Part shown: one piece after another, positions 11,347 to 24,189 of the stretch
Layout: the number at the start of each line of letters is the position of its first letter
Position numbering within the stretch: the first letter of the stretch is position 1
Notes under the pieces: generated by a model
What the model was told of the DNA's origin: nothing
The model's input: only the letters and a program-made list of their open reading frames with translations
The model's database searches: none
DNA from: Pristiophorus japonicus
Lineage: Eukaryota
Direction: 5' to 3'
Length of the DNA stretch: 64,000 bases
Assembly (NCBI RefSeq): GCF_044704955.1
Contig: NC_091995.1
Location: 49,662,001 to 49,726,000 of the forward strand
Made by a program: the position numbers and the translations under genes

Positions 11347-14345
11347 CAGGGGCGGATTAAGGAGGGGGCACGGGGGCAGATGGGGCAGTCTAGAGTGGGG
11401 CCCATACAGGGTGGGATTATGGGTAAGGGTAAACAGTATTGACATGTGATGTAGCAAGAGCGAAGCCGCGAGGGCTCAGTGCATGTTATTCTCGACTTGA
11501 TGTAAACAGACTCTAGATGCCCTTTTTCTAGAGATGCATTCTACACACAAATCGGGGGCGAAAAACAGGAAAGAGCACCAGCTACGTGAGGAGCAAAAGA
11601 GACGAGAAGTAGCTAAACTGCTTAAACTAGATAATTTTTTCGAACAAAAAATTCAAGATCATGAAGACGAAGGCCAAGACGACGCTGTGCAGTCAACTTC
11701 AACAACAAAACCACGAGTGGCACCGGACCCGGAGTTGGGCGACTTGGAGCTCCAAGTCCCAAATGCTGAAGAAGATGAAAACCAACTGGTGCATACTGAG
11801 CTGAAAGAGGCGCAACTTACGAGTGGCATTGGGCTGTGGGGAGACAATATCTCAGAAGACACGCAAAGCCATTGGTTTGCAAAAGGTAGTGAGGATTGCT
11901 GAAACTGTGATAAAGGCTTCTAAAACTCCGGCGTGATTCATGTCAAAGAAGGATGTCGCCGATACTGTTCAAAGTCCTTCTTCACACATGTGCACCCGCT
12001 GACAGGGGAACGTGTGGAGTGAAGGGGGCTCTGTTATTCCCCACCCAACTGTAGAGTATACTGCTCTGCTTACAAGGCCACAGCACCAACAAGTAGCCAC
12101 TTTACTCATGGATTTAATGACTGGAAGCATGGAGATGACAGGATTTCATCTCATTAAGAAAAACAGCCACCAGCATAGAGAAGTCAAGGTAGTAATGTGC
12201 ACTAGACAAGCAGGCACTGGTTGTGTGGATGGTCATATTGTCTTCCAGTTTGAAAATGAGTGGCAGTACTGGCTCAAGGTGCTAGAGCGGGCTGTCTGTG
12301 TGATAACGTTACTCTGTGAACGAGGTCTTTTATTGCGAGGCAGAGACAAAATCGATGGGTCTCCAAGTAATGGTAATTATCTGAGTGTGTTGGAGGTTCT
12401 CGCAAACTACGATGCATTTCTTGCTGAAAACATCAAGCGGTTCACCAACAAAGGCAAGGGGCATACTTCATACTTGTCTCCTACCACTTGTAAAGAACTG
12501 ATTAGTCTGATGGGTGGCAAGTTACTTGAGATGGTCGTCCAGGAATTGAAATAAGTGAAGTTCTCTTCAATATCTGTTGATTCAACACCAGATGTCACAC
12601 ACTCAGATCAGCTGACATAATACTGGCCTTTCTGGATGAGAACGGGATCAACATATAAAATTGTCGCGGACAATCTTATGATAATGCTTCAAATATGAGT
12701 GGGAAATACATTGGTGTCCAAACTATCATCAAAGAGCAATGCCCATATGCAACATTTATACCATGCGCAGCACACTCACTCAACCTTGTGGGGAAAAACA
12801 GTGCTGAATACAGCCTAGTGATCGGCAGATGTTTTGACATTGTACAAAACTTTTCTCTTTGCATTGACGTATCGCTGGCGATTGGTTTATGAAAAACGAA
12901 AGCCTTTAGGGCTGTCTGTCGTCAAACAGCTTTCAGCTACTCGATGGTCAGCAAGGTATGAAGCAGTGTTAGCCTTGCTCAAAGGTTACACTCCCATATG
13001 CGCAGTGTTGGAATCCCTGACAACTGACATGGAACAGAAAGTTGAATGCCGAAATGAAGCTCAGTTGATCCTTAACAAACTTGGGCGAACTGGATTCAGA
13101 TATTCTCAATGTTATTTGGAACACAGTCTTGAAGCGCTTTCACCTGACCAATCTCTCACTTCAAGAGACCGGCATGAATCTGAATGTCATGGTGTCCTTA
13201 CTCGAGTTCCTTTTCGATTTTGTCGAGACCCAGCGGATAGAGTTTGAGGACTTCGAAGATCTCGGGATTAAACTGTGTGCCACAACGAGTACAATTCAGC
13301 TCAGAGGCGCGTCCGGGTACGCAACCGTCGCTATGACGATGGAGCTGCTGAAAGCACTGTGCTGTCACCCAAGGAGAAATTCTAAACTGAAGTGTTCCTT
13401 GTCATCATTGATCAACTAATCAGTACCTTGAAACACCGCCTTGAAGCATACAAGGAAATCAACTGTAAGTTTGGATTCCTGTCCAAGCTAGCCGCTCTCT
13501 CGACTCATGAGAGCAAGCAAGCTGCAACAAATCTTGCACGCTCCTATCCCAAAGATCTGGAACCTGTGATTGAAAGTGAATTTATCCAGTTTTCTTGCTT
13601 GGTGGCATCCTCACCAGAGCTTCAAACCTCAATTTGTGTCAAACAAACTAAGTCAGCAGAGCTGAGAATGTACCAATACCTCCATACACACGTCCTCAAT
13701 CAAACCTTTTATAACATTGAAATAGCTCTTCGGATATATCTGTCGATGATGGTATCAAATTGCAGTGGTGAGCGGTCCTTCTCGAAACTAAAACTCAACA
13801 AGGATGAGGTCAGGAACCAAATGGGACAAGATCGACAATAGTCTTTCAATCATGAGCATCGAGAGCAAAATACTGAGAGGACCTGACTTCTCGAAAATCA
13901 TTGACGAGTTTAGCCGACAAAAATCTAGAAAAATACCAATGTAATGTTATACTTGTAATTGCCTCTGTGGAGAAAATGGAATTAAATGACAAATGATGGT
14001 CTTCCAAAATGTCTTGTTTTAAATTGTCATCATTGTCAATTCAGTTTTAAAATGTAAGGATTTTTAAAAATTAAAGCGTTGTTGTTTGCTGTTTATACAG
14101 GGTTTCATCAAGGTATGGGTTTGATTGTTTGGAAACATACTATGACGACACACATTTAATATTTTATTATCAATGAGAACATAACCTGAGATGTAGACAC
14201 TGACCTGACCTTGACCTGATGCATACTCAGTATAATGCCCTGTGACTTAGCTCACTAATGTCATTTACTGCCGAATGTGAATGGGAGTATGGGGCCCATG
14301 GCCAAGGTACTGCCTGGGGCCTGAGGCACCCTTAATCCATCCCTG
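11347..14345 (+). mobile_element. Full-length decayed hAT DNA transposon
   Basis: TIRs CAGGGGCGGATTAAGG (11347-11362) and CCTTAATCCATCCCTG (14330-14345) match at 14/16 and enclose a transposase pseudogene. Confidence 0.9.
11534..13944 (+). pseudogene. hAT transposase (ZMYM1-like type) with stops and frameshifts
   Basis: Motifs SISVDSTPDVTHSDQL, CRGQSYDNASNMSG, CAAHSLNLVG, TRWS and C-terminal dimerisation LRIYLSMMVSNCSGERSFSKLKL spread over several frames. Confidence 0.88.
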
Positions 14346-14347
14346 AG

Positions 14348-14810
14348 TGTCAGCTAGTGGCTCAGTGGCCGGCACTCTCGCCCCTGAGTCAGAAGGTCGC
14401 GGGTTCAAGTCCAAGTCCAGAGACTTGAGCACATAAATCTAGGCTGACACGCCACTGCAGTGCTGAGGGAATGGCTGCACTATCGGAGGTGCCGTCTTTC
14501 AGATGAGATGTTAAACCGAAAGTCTGCCATCTCAAGTGGATATAAAAGATCCCATGGCACGATTTTGAAGAAGAGCAGGGGAGTTATCACTGATCTCCTG
14601 GCCAATATTTATTCTTCAATCAACATAACAAAAACAGATTATCTGGTCATTATCACATTGCTGTTGTGGGAGCTTGCTGTGTGCAAATTGGCTGCCGTGT
14701 TTCCCACATTACAACAGTGACTACACTCCAAAAGTACTTCATTGGATGTAAAGCGCTGAGACATCCGGTGGTCGTGAAAGGTGCTATATAAATGTAAGTC
14801 TTTCTTTCTT
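14348..14810 (+). mobile_element. Complete tRNA-derived SacSINE1/Deu-type SINE
   Basis: Box A TGGCTCAGTGG (14358) and box B GGTTCAAGTCC (14402), Deu-like core, L2-type tail ending in (TTTC)n. Confidence 0.85.
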
Positions 14811-14969
14811 GGCCTGTGGGACAGCTCTCCCAATTTTGGCACAAGTCCCCAGATGTTGGTGAGGAGGACTTTGCAGGGTCGACTGGGCTGGGTTTCCGTT
14901 ATCGTGTCTGGATCCGATGGCGAGGTCGATGTCGGGTGGTCCAACCAGTTTTATTATTATTATTTAGGA

Positions 14970-15195
14970 GTGTGCAGCAGAGCAGGTCTCCAGTCATCCT
15001 GGTTAACCCTTGTCACTGGATAAAGGCCTAGCTCTGTCAAGCCCGTGTGGGGCTGATGTACAACAGTCAGCACACGTTAAAAAAATCCACACACAGGCAT
15101 CTTCCACCCCTGGAATATTGGTTCATTCATTTAAACATTTGTGAACTCATGTGGAAGCAAGTCATCCTCGTTCGAGGGACCACCGATGATGATGA
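14970..15195 (+). mobile_element. Short non-autonomous retroelement with terminal hairpin and (GAT)n tail
   Basis: TCCTCG-TT-CGAGGGA stem followed by GATGATGATGAT, a LINE/SINE-type 3' end; family not identified. Confidence 0.4.
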
Positions 15196-15399
15196 TTTAG
15201 GAGTCAACCACACCTGGCCCGGTGGGTGAGGGGAAAGGAGAGTTAGATCCTTTTGAAAGATCCAAAGAGGTTAAATCTTTTTGAAATTGATAATAATGCA
15301 AAATGTTTTTAAAAATGTAGATCTGGAGGTGATGCATTGCAAACAATACAGGAGGGGAAACTGTTTTGGGAAATAGACATGAAGTCCTGTGTCTGATTT

Positions 15400-15795
15400 C
15401 GCCCGCTGGGCTGTTTCCCTGCGGTAAAGGCGCTGCATCAATGCAAGTTGTTGTTGTTGGTGGGCGGGGCTTTCTCCATTGTCTTTTCTCCCGCGCTCCC
15501 AGCGGCTCCTGGCAGTTGATTGGCCGCCCTGGTGAGGTGAGAGGTCAGCAGGCGGTGAGCGCGGGCCGGCGGTTGGTGCTCGCGCCGCGGCACCCGCTCT
15601 GTTTCCAGACTCCCCCTCCCCCCCTCTCTTTCCCCCCGGCCCGCGAGCGGCTCCCGCTCTGTTTCAAGGCTCCCCCTCCCCCCACTCTCTTTCCCCCCGG
15701 CCTGCGAGCGGCTCCCGCTCTGTTTCCAGGCTCCCCCCACCCCCGGGCCCGCGAGCGGCTCCCGCTCTGTTTCCAGGCTCCCCCTCTCCCTTTTT
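15400..15795 (+). promoter_or_regulatory. CpG-rich promoter-like island with a possible first exon
   Basis: GGGCGGGG GC box (~15462), reverse CCAAT (GATTGG ~15518), donor-like GCG|GTGAGC (~15555), then four ~55-60-bp GC-rich repeats CGAGCGGCTCCCGCTCTGTTTCCAGGCTCCCC. Confidence 0.4.
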
Positions 15796-15885
15796 AAATG
15801 TCATTATTCCACATTTCTGACCCAGAAACGGAACTTATTTGACAAGATGTAGAGATTCGGTCTGAAAATGTCCATCAATGACCCT

Positions 15886-16198
15886 TTAGTTTGTAGTTGC
15901 GACGTCCTGTGCTTCTGTCGGCTCACCGTCTGATTCTGTTCCTGCGGCATTTCTGTCAGAGATCTTTGCAGCGACTTTCTCCAGGGGCCCTTTTGTCACC
16001 AGCGGCCTGTCCATTGTGCACCGCAGGTATTGCTCTGATTGTTCCCCACACACACAATGCTCAAACTTACTCTCTCTCAGGCACTTCATCAAGTTCTCCT
16101 CATTATTTATATTGACCCAAGTGCTGGAGGGGGAAGGTGCTCGTGTTGGGCAGCCGCCGGCTCAAGCTCTTGTTCCTGAAATTCAGGGCGGTCGGCAT
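15886..16198 (-). pseudogene. COX19: Processed pseudogene of cytochrome c oxidase assembly factor COX19
   Basis: MPTALNFRNKSLSRRLPNTSTFPLQHLGQYK / EENLMKCLRESKFEHCVCGEQSEQYLRCTMDRPLVTKGPLEK aligns by eye to vertebrate COX19 (MSTAMNF..SFPLDHLGECK..FMKCL..C..ESKEYLECRM..EPLEK). Intronless, frameshift and stop near 16100, first CX9C Cys changed to Tyr. Confidence 0.85.
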
Positions 16199-16252
16199 CT
16201 TCCCACAGGCCAGGCCGGTTACTTCACCCAGCAGGCCGCAGATTCCAGTCTC

Positions 16253-17065
16253 TCGGCCCTCAGTAACCGGTCCCTCGGCCCTCAATAACCGGTCCCTCGG
16301 CCCTCAGTAACCGGTCCCTCGGCCCTCAGTAACCGGTCCCCTGGCCCTCAGTAACCGGTCCCTCGGCCCTCAGTAACCGGTCCCTCGGCCCTCAGTAACC
16401 GGTCCCTCGGCCCTCAGTAACCGGTCCCCTGGCCCTCAGTAACCGGTCCCTCGGCCCTCAGTAACCGATCCCTCAGCCCTCAGTAACCGGTCTCCTGGCC
16501 CTCAGTAACCGGTCCACTGGCTCTCAGTAACCGGTCTCTCAGTAACCGGTCCCTCGGCCCTCAGTAACCGGTCCCTCAGTAACCGGTCCCTCGGCCCTCA
16601 GTAACCGGTCCCTCGGCCCTCAGTAACCGGTCCCTCGGCCCTCAGTAACCGGTCCCTCGGCCCTCAGTAACCGGTCCCCTGGCCCTCAGTAACCGGTCCC
16701 TCGGCCCTCAGTAACCAATCCCTCGGCCCTCAGTAACCAGTCTCCTGGCCCTCAGTAACTGGTCCACTGGCCCTCAGTAACCAGTCCCTCAGTAACCGGT
16801 CCCTCGGCCCTCAGTAACCGGTCCCTCAGTAACCGGTCCCTCGGCCCTCAGTAACCGGTCCCTCGGCCCTCAGTAACCGGTCCCTTGGCCCTCAGTAACC
16901 GGTCCCCTGGCCCTCAGTAACCGTTCCCTCGGCTCTCAGTAACCGGTCCCTCGGCCCACAGTAACCGGTCCCTCGGCCCACAGTAACCGGTCCCTCGGCC
17001 CACAGTAACCGGTCCCTCGGCCCTCAGTAACCGGTCCCCTGGCCCTCAGTAACCAGTCCCTTGTC
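16253..17065 (+). repeat. 22-bp minisatellite (CCCTCAGTAACCGGTCCCTCGG)n, roughly 35-40 units
   Basis: Head-to-tail near-identical units with occasional shortened variants and no spacers. Confidence 0.95.
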
Positions 17066-17349
17066 ACTCAGCTACCTGTGCCCAGGCAGTTCACTAATTT
17101 TGTGATTTCTCTTGCCCATGAAAGATGTGGGGCCCTGTTGGGTGAATGTGGTGTCATTTCAGAGCTGAACCAAAGACCGTTGGAGATCCAGGGACCAGGC
17201 ACCGCCCTCCTCCCCTTCACTGCCTACAACACTGACAGACGGCGGGCTGTCCTTCTCCAGTCTGGGCCATCTTCGAGAAATCCCATCACAAACACCAGCC
17301 AGACCAGGTAGGGACGGCACCTTCCCTCCTGAAGCACCTCAGTTTTTGG

Positions 17350-17950
17350 AGCAAAGATTCACAAGGATGTTACCAGAACTGCAAGATTATCTCCAGCAGG
17401 AAAAACTGAACAGGCTGAGTCTCCTTTCTTTGGAAAAGAGACGATTGAAGGGTGACCTGATAGAGCTCTTTAAGATTATGAAATGGTTCAATAGGGTAGA
17501 CATGGAGTCGATGTTTCTACAAGTGGGGAGAGTCCAAAACTAGATACCATAAATATGAAGAAAGAACTTGCATTTATACAACACCTTTCACAACTTCATA
17601 ACATCCCAAAGCTCTTTACGGCCAATGAAATGCTTGATTTTTGAAGTGTAGTCACTTTTGTAATGTAGGAACGAATAATTAAAGATAGTCACGAATAAAT
17701 CCAATAGGGAATTCAGGAGAAATTTCTTCACCCAGAGAGTGGTGAGAATGTGGAACTCGCTCCCACAGGGAGTGGTTGAGGGAAATAGCATCGATGGATT
17801 TAAGGGCAAGGTAGATAAACACATGAGGGTGAAAGGAGTAGAAGGATATGTTGATGGGTTTAGATGAAGAGGGGTGGAAGGAGACTCGTGAGGAGCATAA
17901 ACACCGTCACGGACCAGTTGGGCCGAACGGCCTGTTTTTGTGCCGTACAT
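17350..17950 (+). mobile_element. CR1 3' fragment interrupted by a SINE tail
   Basis: QRFTRMLPEL..RRLKGDLIE peptide; a reversed AAGAACTTGCATTTATA SINE tail lies inside. Confidence 0.75.
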
Positions 17951-18759
17951 TGTATGTGAGCCAATATCACGAATGTTGTTGCTTGTACAGCCCACCAGAT
18001 TTATTCAGCTCAATTACGCAACTTGCCAGGGTGGGATTTGAGCTCGCAACCTCTGGGTTACTGGTCCTGGACCAGAACTGGTTCCTTCCTGTCCCTGGGG
18101 GGCCATCGGAGAGGCCTCCACTATCACAACACGGCAAATCCTGTCAGACAGGGTTGGGGTGTCTTCAAATTCTGCCCGGTGACAGATGCACCCAGTGGAT
18201 TGTGAAGGATGATCCTTTATTAGAATCTCACAGACCAGGAGGAGTCTATTTGTCCCATTGGGTCTGTGCTGGATCTTTGAAGGAGCTATACAATTAATCC
18301 CACTCCCCCTGCTCTTACCCCAGAGACCTGCAAATAATTCCCCTTCAAGTATTAATCCAATTTCCTTTTGAAAGTTACTGTTGAATCTGCTTCCACCGCC
18401 CTTTCAGGAAATGCATTCCAGATCACAACAACTCACTGTGTGAAAATATTTGTCTTCATCGCCCCCTCTGGGTCTTTTGCCAATGACCTAAAATCTGCGT
18501 CTTCTGGGAACAATTTCTTCTGATCTACTCTATCAAAACCTCAAGAAAGCTGAAGGTCATCTCTTGATTTATCAGCTCTCTTTTTGGCCCCTGCATTGTT
18601 CCTCGGTAATGCTTCAGAGAACCCAAGCTGTGGTGGGCAGTTGTGGAATGGGCATTGGGCACCAGGCGTCTCCAGTGCCACCAGACTTCTGCCCATCTCC
18701 CCATGGTGCTGAGGATTGGGTTCCACCAGCGTCGGGTGCCCTTTGGCAAATCTTTCTCC

Positions 18760-19165
18760 TGGAAAAAGAAGGCTGAAGGGTGACCTATTGGAGGTTTTTA
18801 AAAATTATGAAAGGTTTTGATAAAGTAGATATAGAGAGAATGTTTCCACTTGTGGGGAAGATCATAACTAGAGGCCAACAATATAAGATAGTTACCAAGA
18901 AATCCAATAGAGAATTCAGAAGAAACTTCTTTACCCCAAGAGGGGTGAGAATGGGAGTTACCACAGGGAGTGATTGAAGCGAATACTACAGATGTATTTA
19001 AGGGGAGGCTGGACAAGCATATGAGGAGAAGGGAATAGAGGGCTGTGCTGATAGATTTAGATGAGGAAAGATGGGAGGAGGCTCGAGTGGAGCATAAACA
19101 CTGGCATGGACCGGCTGGACCGAATAGCCTGTTTCTCTGCCGTATATACTATGTAATCCTATGTA
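18760..19165 (+). mobile_element. CR1 3' fragment
   Basis: KIMKGFDKVDIERMFPL..RRNFFT peptide and 3' UTR. Confidence 0.8.
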
Positions 19166-19659
19166 AGACAACCGACTTGGCCCTTTCAGGTCAGCTATAG
19201 GTCCAAATGTTGATCGTGGGGACCTGTTGCAGGACTCCAGGTCAAGGGCTCCCATCTTTGGGTCCAAGTTATGAGTATGGTAGTGGATGTTAGTTCCCCA
19301 GGTATCCTCCAGTGATTTGGGTGAGTATTGAGGAGGAGGGCTGGAATGAATGTCAGTCATGAAATGGTTGCTCCCTTGTTTACCTGTCCCAGTGAACAAC
19401 CTCTGAATGAATCGAGTGGCCTGGGTTGTGTCCCAGGTTGCTCATCAACAGGTCAGGATTTATATCAGCTGAACAAAGGCTCGCTGCCTCACATGCACAA
19501 GGAAACAAATCAACTCCAACCACAAAACCAAATATTCAAATTCACTCACACCCCTCTGACAGATTTCAGTATCATTCCCAGCTCCGCTCACTGGCTCCCC
19601 ACTCTCTCTGCTCTGAGTCAGGAGACACCATCCCATAATCCAGGCCCATACTCCTGGTG

Positions 19660-19995
19660 TCAGTACTGAGGGTCGCTGCACTGTCAGACATATATGTCTA
19701 TACTCTCGGAGTTGAGCTCATAATCCAGGCTGACAGTCTGTGTGCCAGCACTGAGGGAGCGCGGCACTGTTGGAGGTAGATGTGTGTACACTAGGACTTG
19801 AGCCCCATTATCCATGTCCCCAGTCCGGGTGCCAGTACTGAGGGAGTGCTGCACTGTTGGAGGTAGATGTATGTACACTGGGATTTGAGCCCCATTATCC
19901 ATGGCCCCAGTCCGGGTGCCAGTACTGAGGGAGTGCTGCACTGTCGGATGTAGATTTATACATTTGGTGTTCAGCTCATAATCAGGGTGCCAGTC
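19660..19995 (+). repeat. ~78-bp tandem units containing the SINE motif CAGTACTGAGGGAGTGCTGCACTGT
   Basis: Four related units visible. Confidence 0.65.
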
Positions 19996-19996
19996 C

Positions 19997-22900
19997 CGTT
20001 ATATATGCAGACTTTCGATATACTCTCAGTGTAGTCATGTATAGTTGCATAAGATGAAGACTTGTTTACTTGATGTACTATCGGTGGGGTTTATACTGTG
20101 TATATACATGCTGGCACCACTAGAGGGTGCAACTGGTGGAGATCGGGGTTTCCTGTCCTGCCTTGGTGGCAGGGGCTGTATAAAAGGGGAGCCACCATGC
20201 GACTGCCTCATTCTGGAGTTAGAAGTAAAGGACCAAGGTCACTACAGTTTGATTACAACACATTGCCTCATGGAGTCATTCACAAGTACACTACAGACAT
20301 AATAACTGGCAACGAGAATACGGACTTTCACGCGATTATGGCTACCTTTGGCACACTAAAAGACTTTGTAGAGGATGACGATTGGGATGCCTTCATGGAA
20401 AGGCTCGAGCTATATTTCAAGGCAAACTACCTGGCATGGGAGACGGACACATTGGTGGAGAAGTGCAACGCTATACTGCTGACCAGTTGTGGGCCCGAGG
20501 TCTACCAACTCATCAGGGACTTGCTGGCACCCACGAAGGCCAAGGATAAGACATATGATGAGCTGACTGAACTAATTCGCGTCCAACTTAAACCAGAAGA
20601 GAGCACCCTCACAGCCAGACACGGATGCTACACTCACCACAGACCTGCGGGCCAGGAGCTTGCAAAATATGCTGCCGATCTCAGGAGACTTGCGGCACCG
20701 TGTGATTTTGGCATGCACCTCAACGAAGCATTGCGAAACATCTTCGTTATAGAAATTGGCCACGAGGGCCTCCTTCACAAACTATTATCTGCCGACACCA
20801 CAATCAACCTGCAGAAAGCCATCAGCATCAGTCAGGCGTTCATGACCTCGACCTGCAGCACCAAGCAAATTATTCATCCTGTGGACTTTAACCCGGCAAG
20901 TACTGTACACAGAATGGTGCCTTTCACAGGCAAGACTGTAGAACGTGGCTCTGCCCAGGGTAGAAAGCACAGACCTCAGGGTATTAGAACTCAGAGTCCG
21001 CTGAGGGGTTCTAATCGAGTAGCACCATGTTAACCGGTTCACCAGTATCGGTTTGCTGAGTATATATGCAAAGCCTGTAACACGAAGGGCCACCTCCAGC
21101 TTATGCGTAAAAGAAATACGACTCATCGTCTGACAGAGGAGTCGGTAGATGACTTTGAATCCAGGGAGTATGATAATTTGGCCAGAGGAGCGGCTCAGCC
21201 CCAAGAAGTGGTGTATGGAGTGTATACCTGCACCACTGATTGTCCTCCAGTGAAGATGGAAGTTGAGATAAACGGCGTTCCAGTCTTCATGGAAGTGGAC
21301 ACGGGTGCGAGCCAATCAGTGATGAGCCAGGATGCCTTTGAGAGGCTATGGAATAAAAAACGACCCGAGCTGGTTCCAGTATAGGAAAAGTTACGCACCT
21401 ACATCAAGGAGCTGATCCCAGTCCTTGGTAGTGCGGATGTAAGTGTAACCCATAATGGCGTGGTGCACAAGTTACCTCTGTGGATTGTTGCAGGTGATGG
21501 CCCAACGGTACTCAGAAGAAGGTGGATGGGGAAGATCCCGTGGAAATGGGAAGACCTCTGCACTCCAGCAATCGATGTCCCCCGTGCTCAGAGTCAGAGT
21601 AAAACCTCACCTTCGCACCAGAGAACAGACCAGCGCAGCATCTGAGGCACAGACCATCCATCATGACTGCGTGGCAATTATCCGACTGGAACGACCTAAA
21701 AGTACCTTCCCGGCTTCAGTGGCAGGACTCCCTGGGAGGAAGGTGGAATTCACAGGCACTCTTCCAGCTTTTGTGGCAGAATCGCGGGAGAGATGGATCA
21801 AGGCAGTTGACCTCGAAGACAGAGGCAAGGTGGCGTCCCTGCTGCAGCAAGGAGCAGCATGGCGTGGCAGGGTTCTCTTAAAGGAGACCTGCAACTAACT
21901 GAACTTAAAGAGACATTATACGCATGGCAATCAATGTAATGAACCGATTAGGAATATAAAGAACAATACGTTGCGGGATGTCGGGAATAGAGTGTCCCCA
22001 AAAGTAGCAAGCCAGCGACCTCAGGAGGGTGAAGGCACTGATCCTGATAACCTGCCCCAGATCTATCCCATGCTACAGGCACCCGATGGCACCATTTGCC
22101 ACGGACCTGGAAACGAAAATGGCGCCAATACGCGCAGTCGGCCGCCGTTGCCCACCACCCGGGTGGAGACTGCGCAGCCCCCAGACCCAGTCACTATCTC
22201 GGCCATGTCCGGAAGCGAAAGTTCAGCACCAACGAGTTCCCCAAATGGGACCTGGAACAGCCAGGTTCCCAACACCGTTAGAGAGCAGGCAGAAGATTCT
22301 GCAGCCCTCAAAAGAGGACAGGGAGGCCACACACATCTGTTGCTCTGCTCACCACTAGGCAACAGCAAAGGCCCTGAGTCCTGGCAGGGTGAGTGAACCA
22401 AGCCTACCCTCCTAGCAGGGGGCGCAGCGCCGCCATCCGACGACTAGCACCCCGTCCGGTTGCTCTGGAACTAGCGTCCTCGCATACCTGTATTGCTACC
22501 TCAGTACTGACCATGACTGAACTAATTATGCAATCTATCCAATCCTGACGCACGACCATAAAACGTAATGAATGTAAGTCACTGAACCAAGGTGTCACGA
22601 TACAAACGATAAAATAAATGTTTTTTTTCTTCCTTTCTTTGTAATTGCACTGTGTCTGATCCTGTATGTTTATGTAATGGGCCAGCTGCATGATCTCGCT
22701 GTGGCAGGGGTTGGTGGTGATTGAATGGATGTAAGTAGCCATAGACACACATATGGATCATACCCAGAACCCCTCTGGAACCTCCACTGCATCATCGAAC
22801 CATCCAAACTGGTAACCACTACCCAACATTGTGGCAAAAGGACTTGGGGGTTAACAGGGAGTGAGCCAAGCCAAAGCACAGCCAAGGTGCAAGGGCTATT

Positions 22901-23286
22901 GGCACTTAAGTCTGGGGAGAGCTAAGCCAGAGCACATAGTGCAAAGGTAATCGGCACAAAGGACTTGGGGAGAGTGATGTTATATATGCAGACTATAGAT
23001 ATACTCTCTGTGTAGTCACTGTATATTTGCATAAGATGGAGATTTGTTTACCTGATGTACTATCGGTGGGGTTTACACTGTGTATATATATGCTGGCACC
23101 ACTAGGGGGTGCAACTGGTGTAGACCGTGGTGTCCTGTCCTGCCCTGGTGGCAGGGGCTGTATAAAAGGTGAGCCACCATGCGGCTGTCTCACTTTGGAG
23201 TTACGAGTAAAGGACCAAGGTCACTACAGTTTGAGTACAACACATTGCCTTGTGGAGTCATTCACAAGTACACTACAGACATAATA
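19997..23286 (+). mobile_element. Non-autonomous Gypsy-type LTR element A (Gag-PR, no RT/IN)
   Basis: LTRs 19997-20304 and 22978-23286 (~308 bp); PBS-like TGGCAACGAG; PPT GGGGAGAGTGA; near-TSD AGTCC/AGTTC. Gag from 20338 (MATFGTLKDF..WDAFMERL), CxxC..GHLQLM knuckle, protease MEVDTGASQS. Confidence 0.9.
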
Positions 23287-23334
23287 AGTTCCTTGTCTCT
23301 CGGCAAGCAATCTCTTTACTCTCAGCCCCCAGTA

Positions 23335-24055
23335 CCCTGTGCTCGCTGACTTACATTGACTTCTAGTTAAGCAACTCCTCGATTTAAAAATTTTCATCTT
23401 TGTTCTCAAATTCCTCCATGGGCTAGCCCTCCCTATCTCTGTAATCTCCTCCGACCCTATCTTACCCCGAGATCTCTACCCTCCGTCAATCCTGCCCTCT
23501 TGATCATCCCTGATTATAATCGCTCAACCAACATGCCTTCAGCTGCCTGGGTCCTAAGATCTGGAACTCCCTCCCTAAAGATCTCCACCTCTCTACCTCA
23601 CTTTCCTCCTTTAAGACGCTCCTTAAAACCTACCTCTTTGACCAAGTCTTTGTTCATCTGCTGTAATTTCTTCTCATGTGGCTTGGTGTCAAATGTATTT
23701 GTTTTGTCTTATAACACTGCTGTGAAGGGCCTTAGGACGTTTTGCCACGTTAAAGTCACTATATAAATAAAAGTTGTTGTTGTTGTTGTTGAGATCTCTG
23801 CACTCTGCCAGTTCTGGCCTCTTGACCATCCCCGATTTTAATTGCTCCACCATTGGCAGCCTTCAGCTGCCTGGATCCTAAGGTCTGGAATTTTTCCCTA
23901 AATCTTTGCGCCTCTACTTCTCTCCTCATTTAAGACGCTCCTTAAAACCTATCTCTTGGACCACACTTTTGACCGTGCGCCCTAACATCTCCTTATGGCT
24001 TTGTGTAAAATTTTGTTTCTTGATATTAAAGGCGCAACATAAATGTAAGTTGTTG
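23335..24055 (+). mobile_element. Two tandem L2-type 3' ends
   Basis: CTGGAACTCCCTCCCTAAA..TTTAAGACGCTCCTTAAAACCTA.. occurs twice, with (GTT)n tails. Confidence 0.7.
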
Positions 24056-24189
24056 TCCCTCGGCCCCCAGTCCCCTGGCCCTCAGTCCCATCAGCCGCCA
24101 CTCCAATTGCCCTTAGAATCTGGTGCTCAGGCGCTTAATAATTTTTGTTGTTTCTCTTCTCTAGGATGGAAGGGAAGTTGGGCTCTGCT

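Noticed and set aside
11534-13944. Host ZMYM1 gene
   Set aside because: Intronless, multiply disrupted and enclosed by TIRs, so it is a hAT transposase pseudogene.
14970-15195. HDV-like ribozyme suggested by the TCCTCGT motif
   Set aside because: I could not build the nested double pseudoknot by eye; the motif forms a simple 3' hairpin before a (GAT)n tail.
16253-17065. CRISPR-like array
   Set aside because: Units are head-to-tail with no unique spacers and no cas genes, in a vertebrate context; it is a minisatellite.
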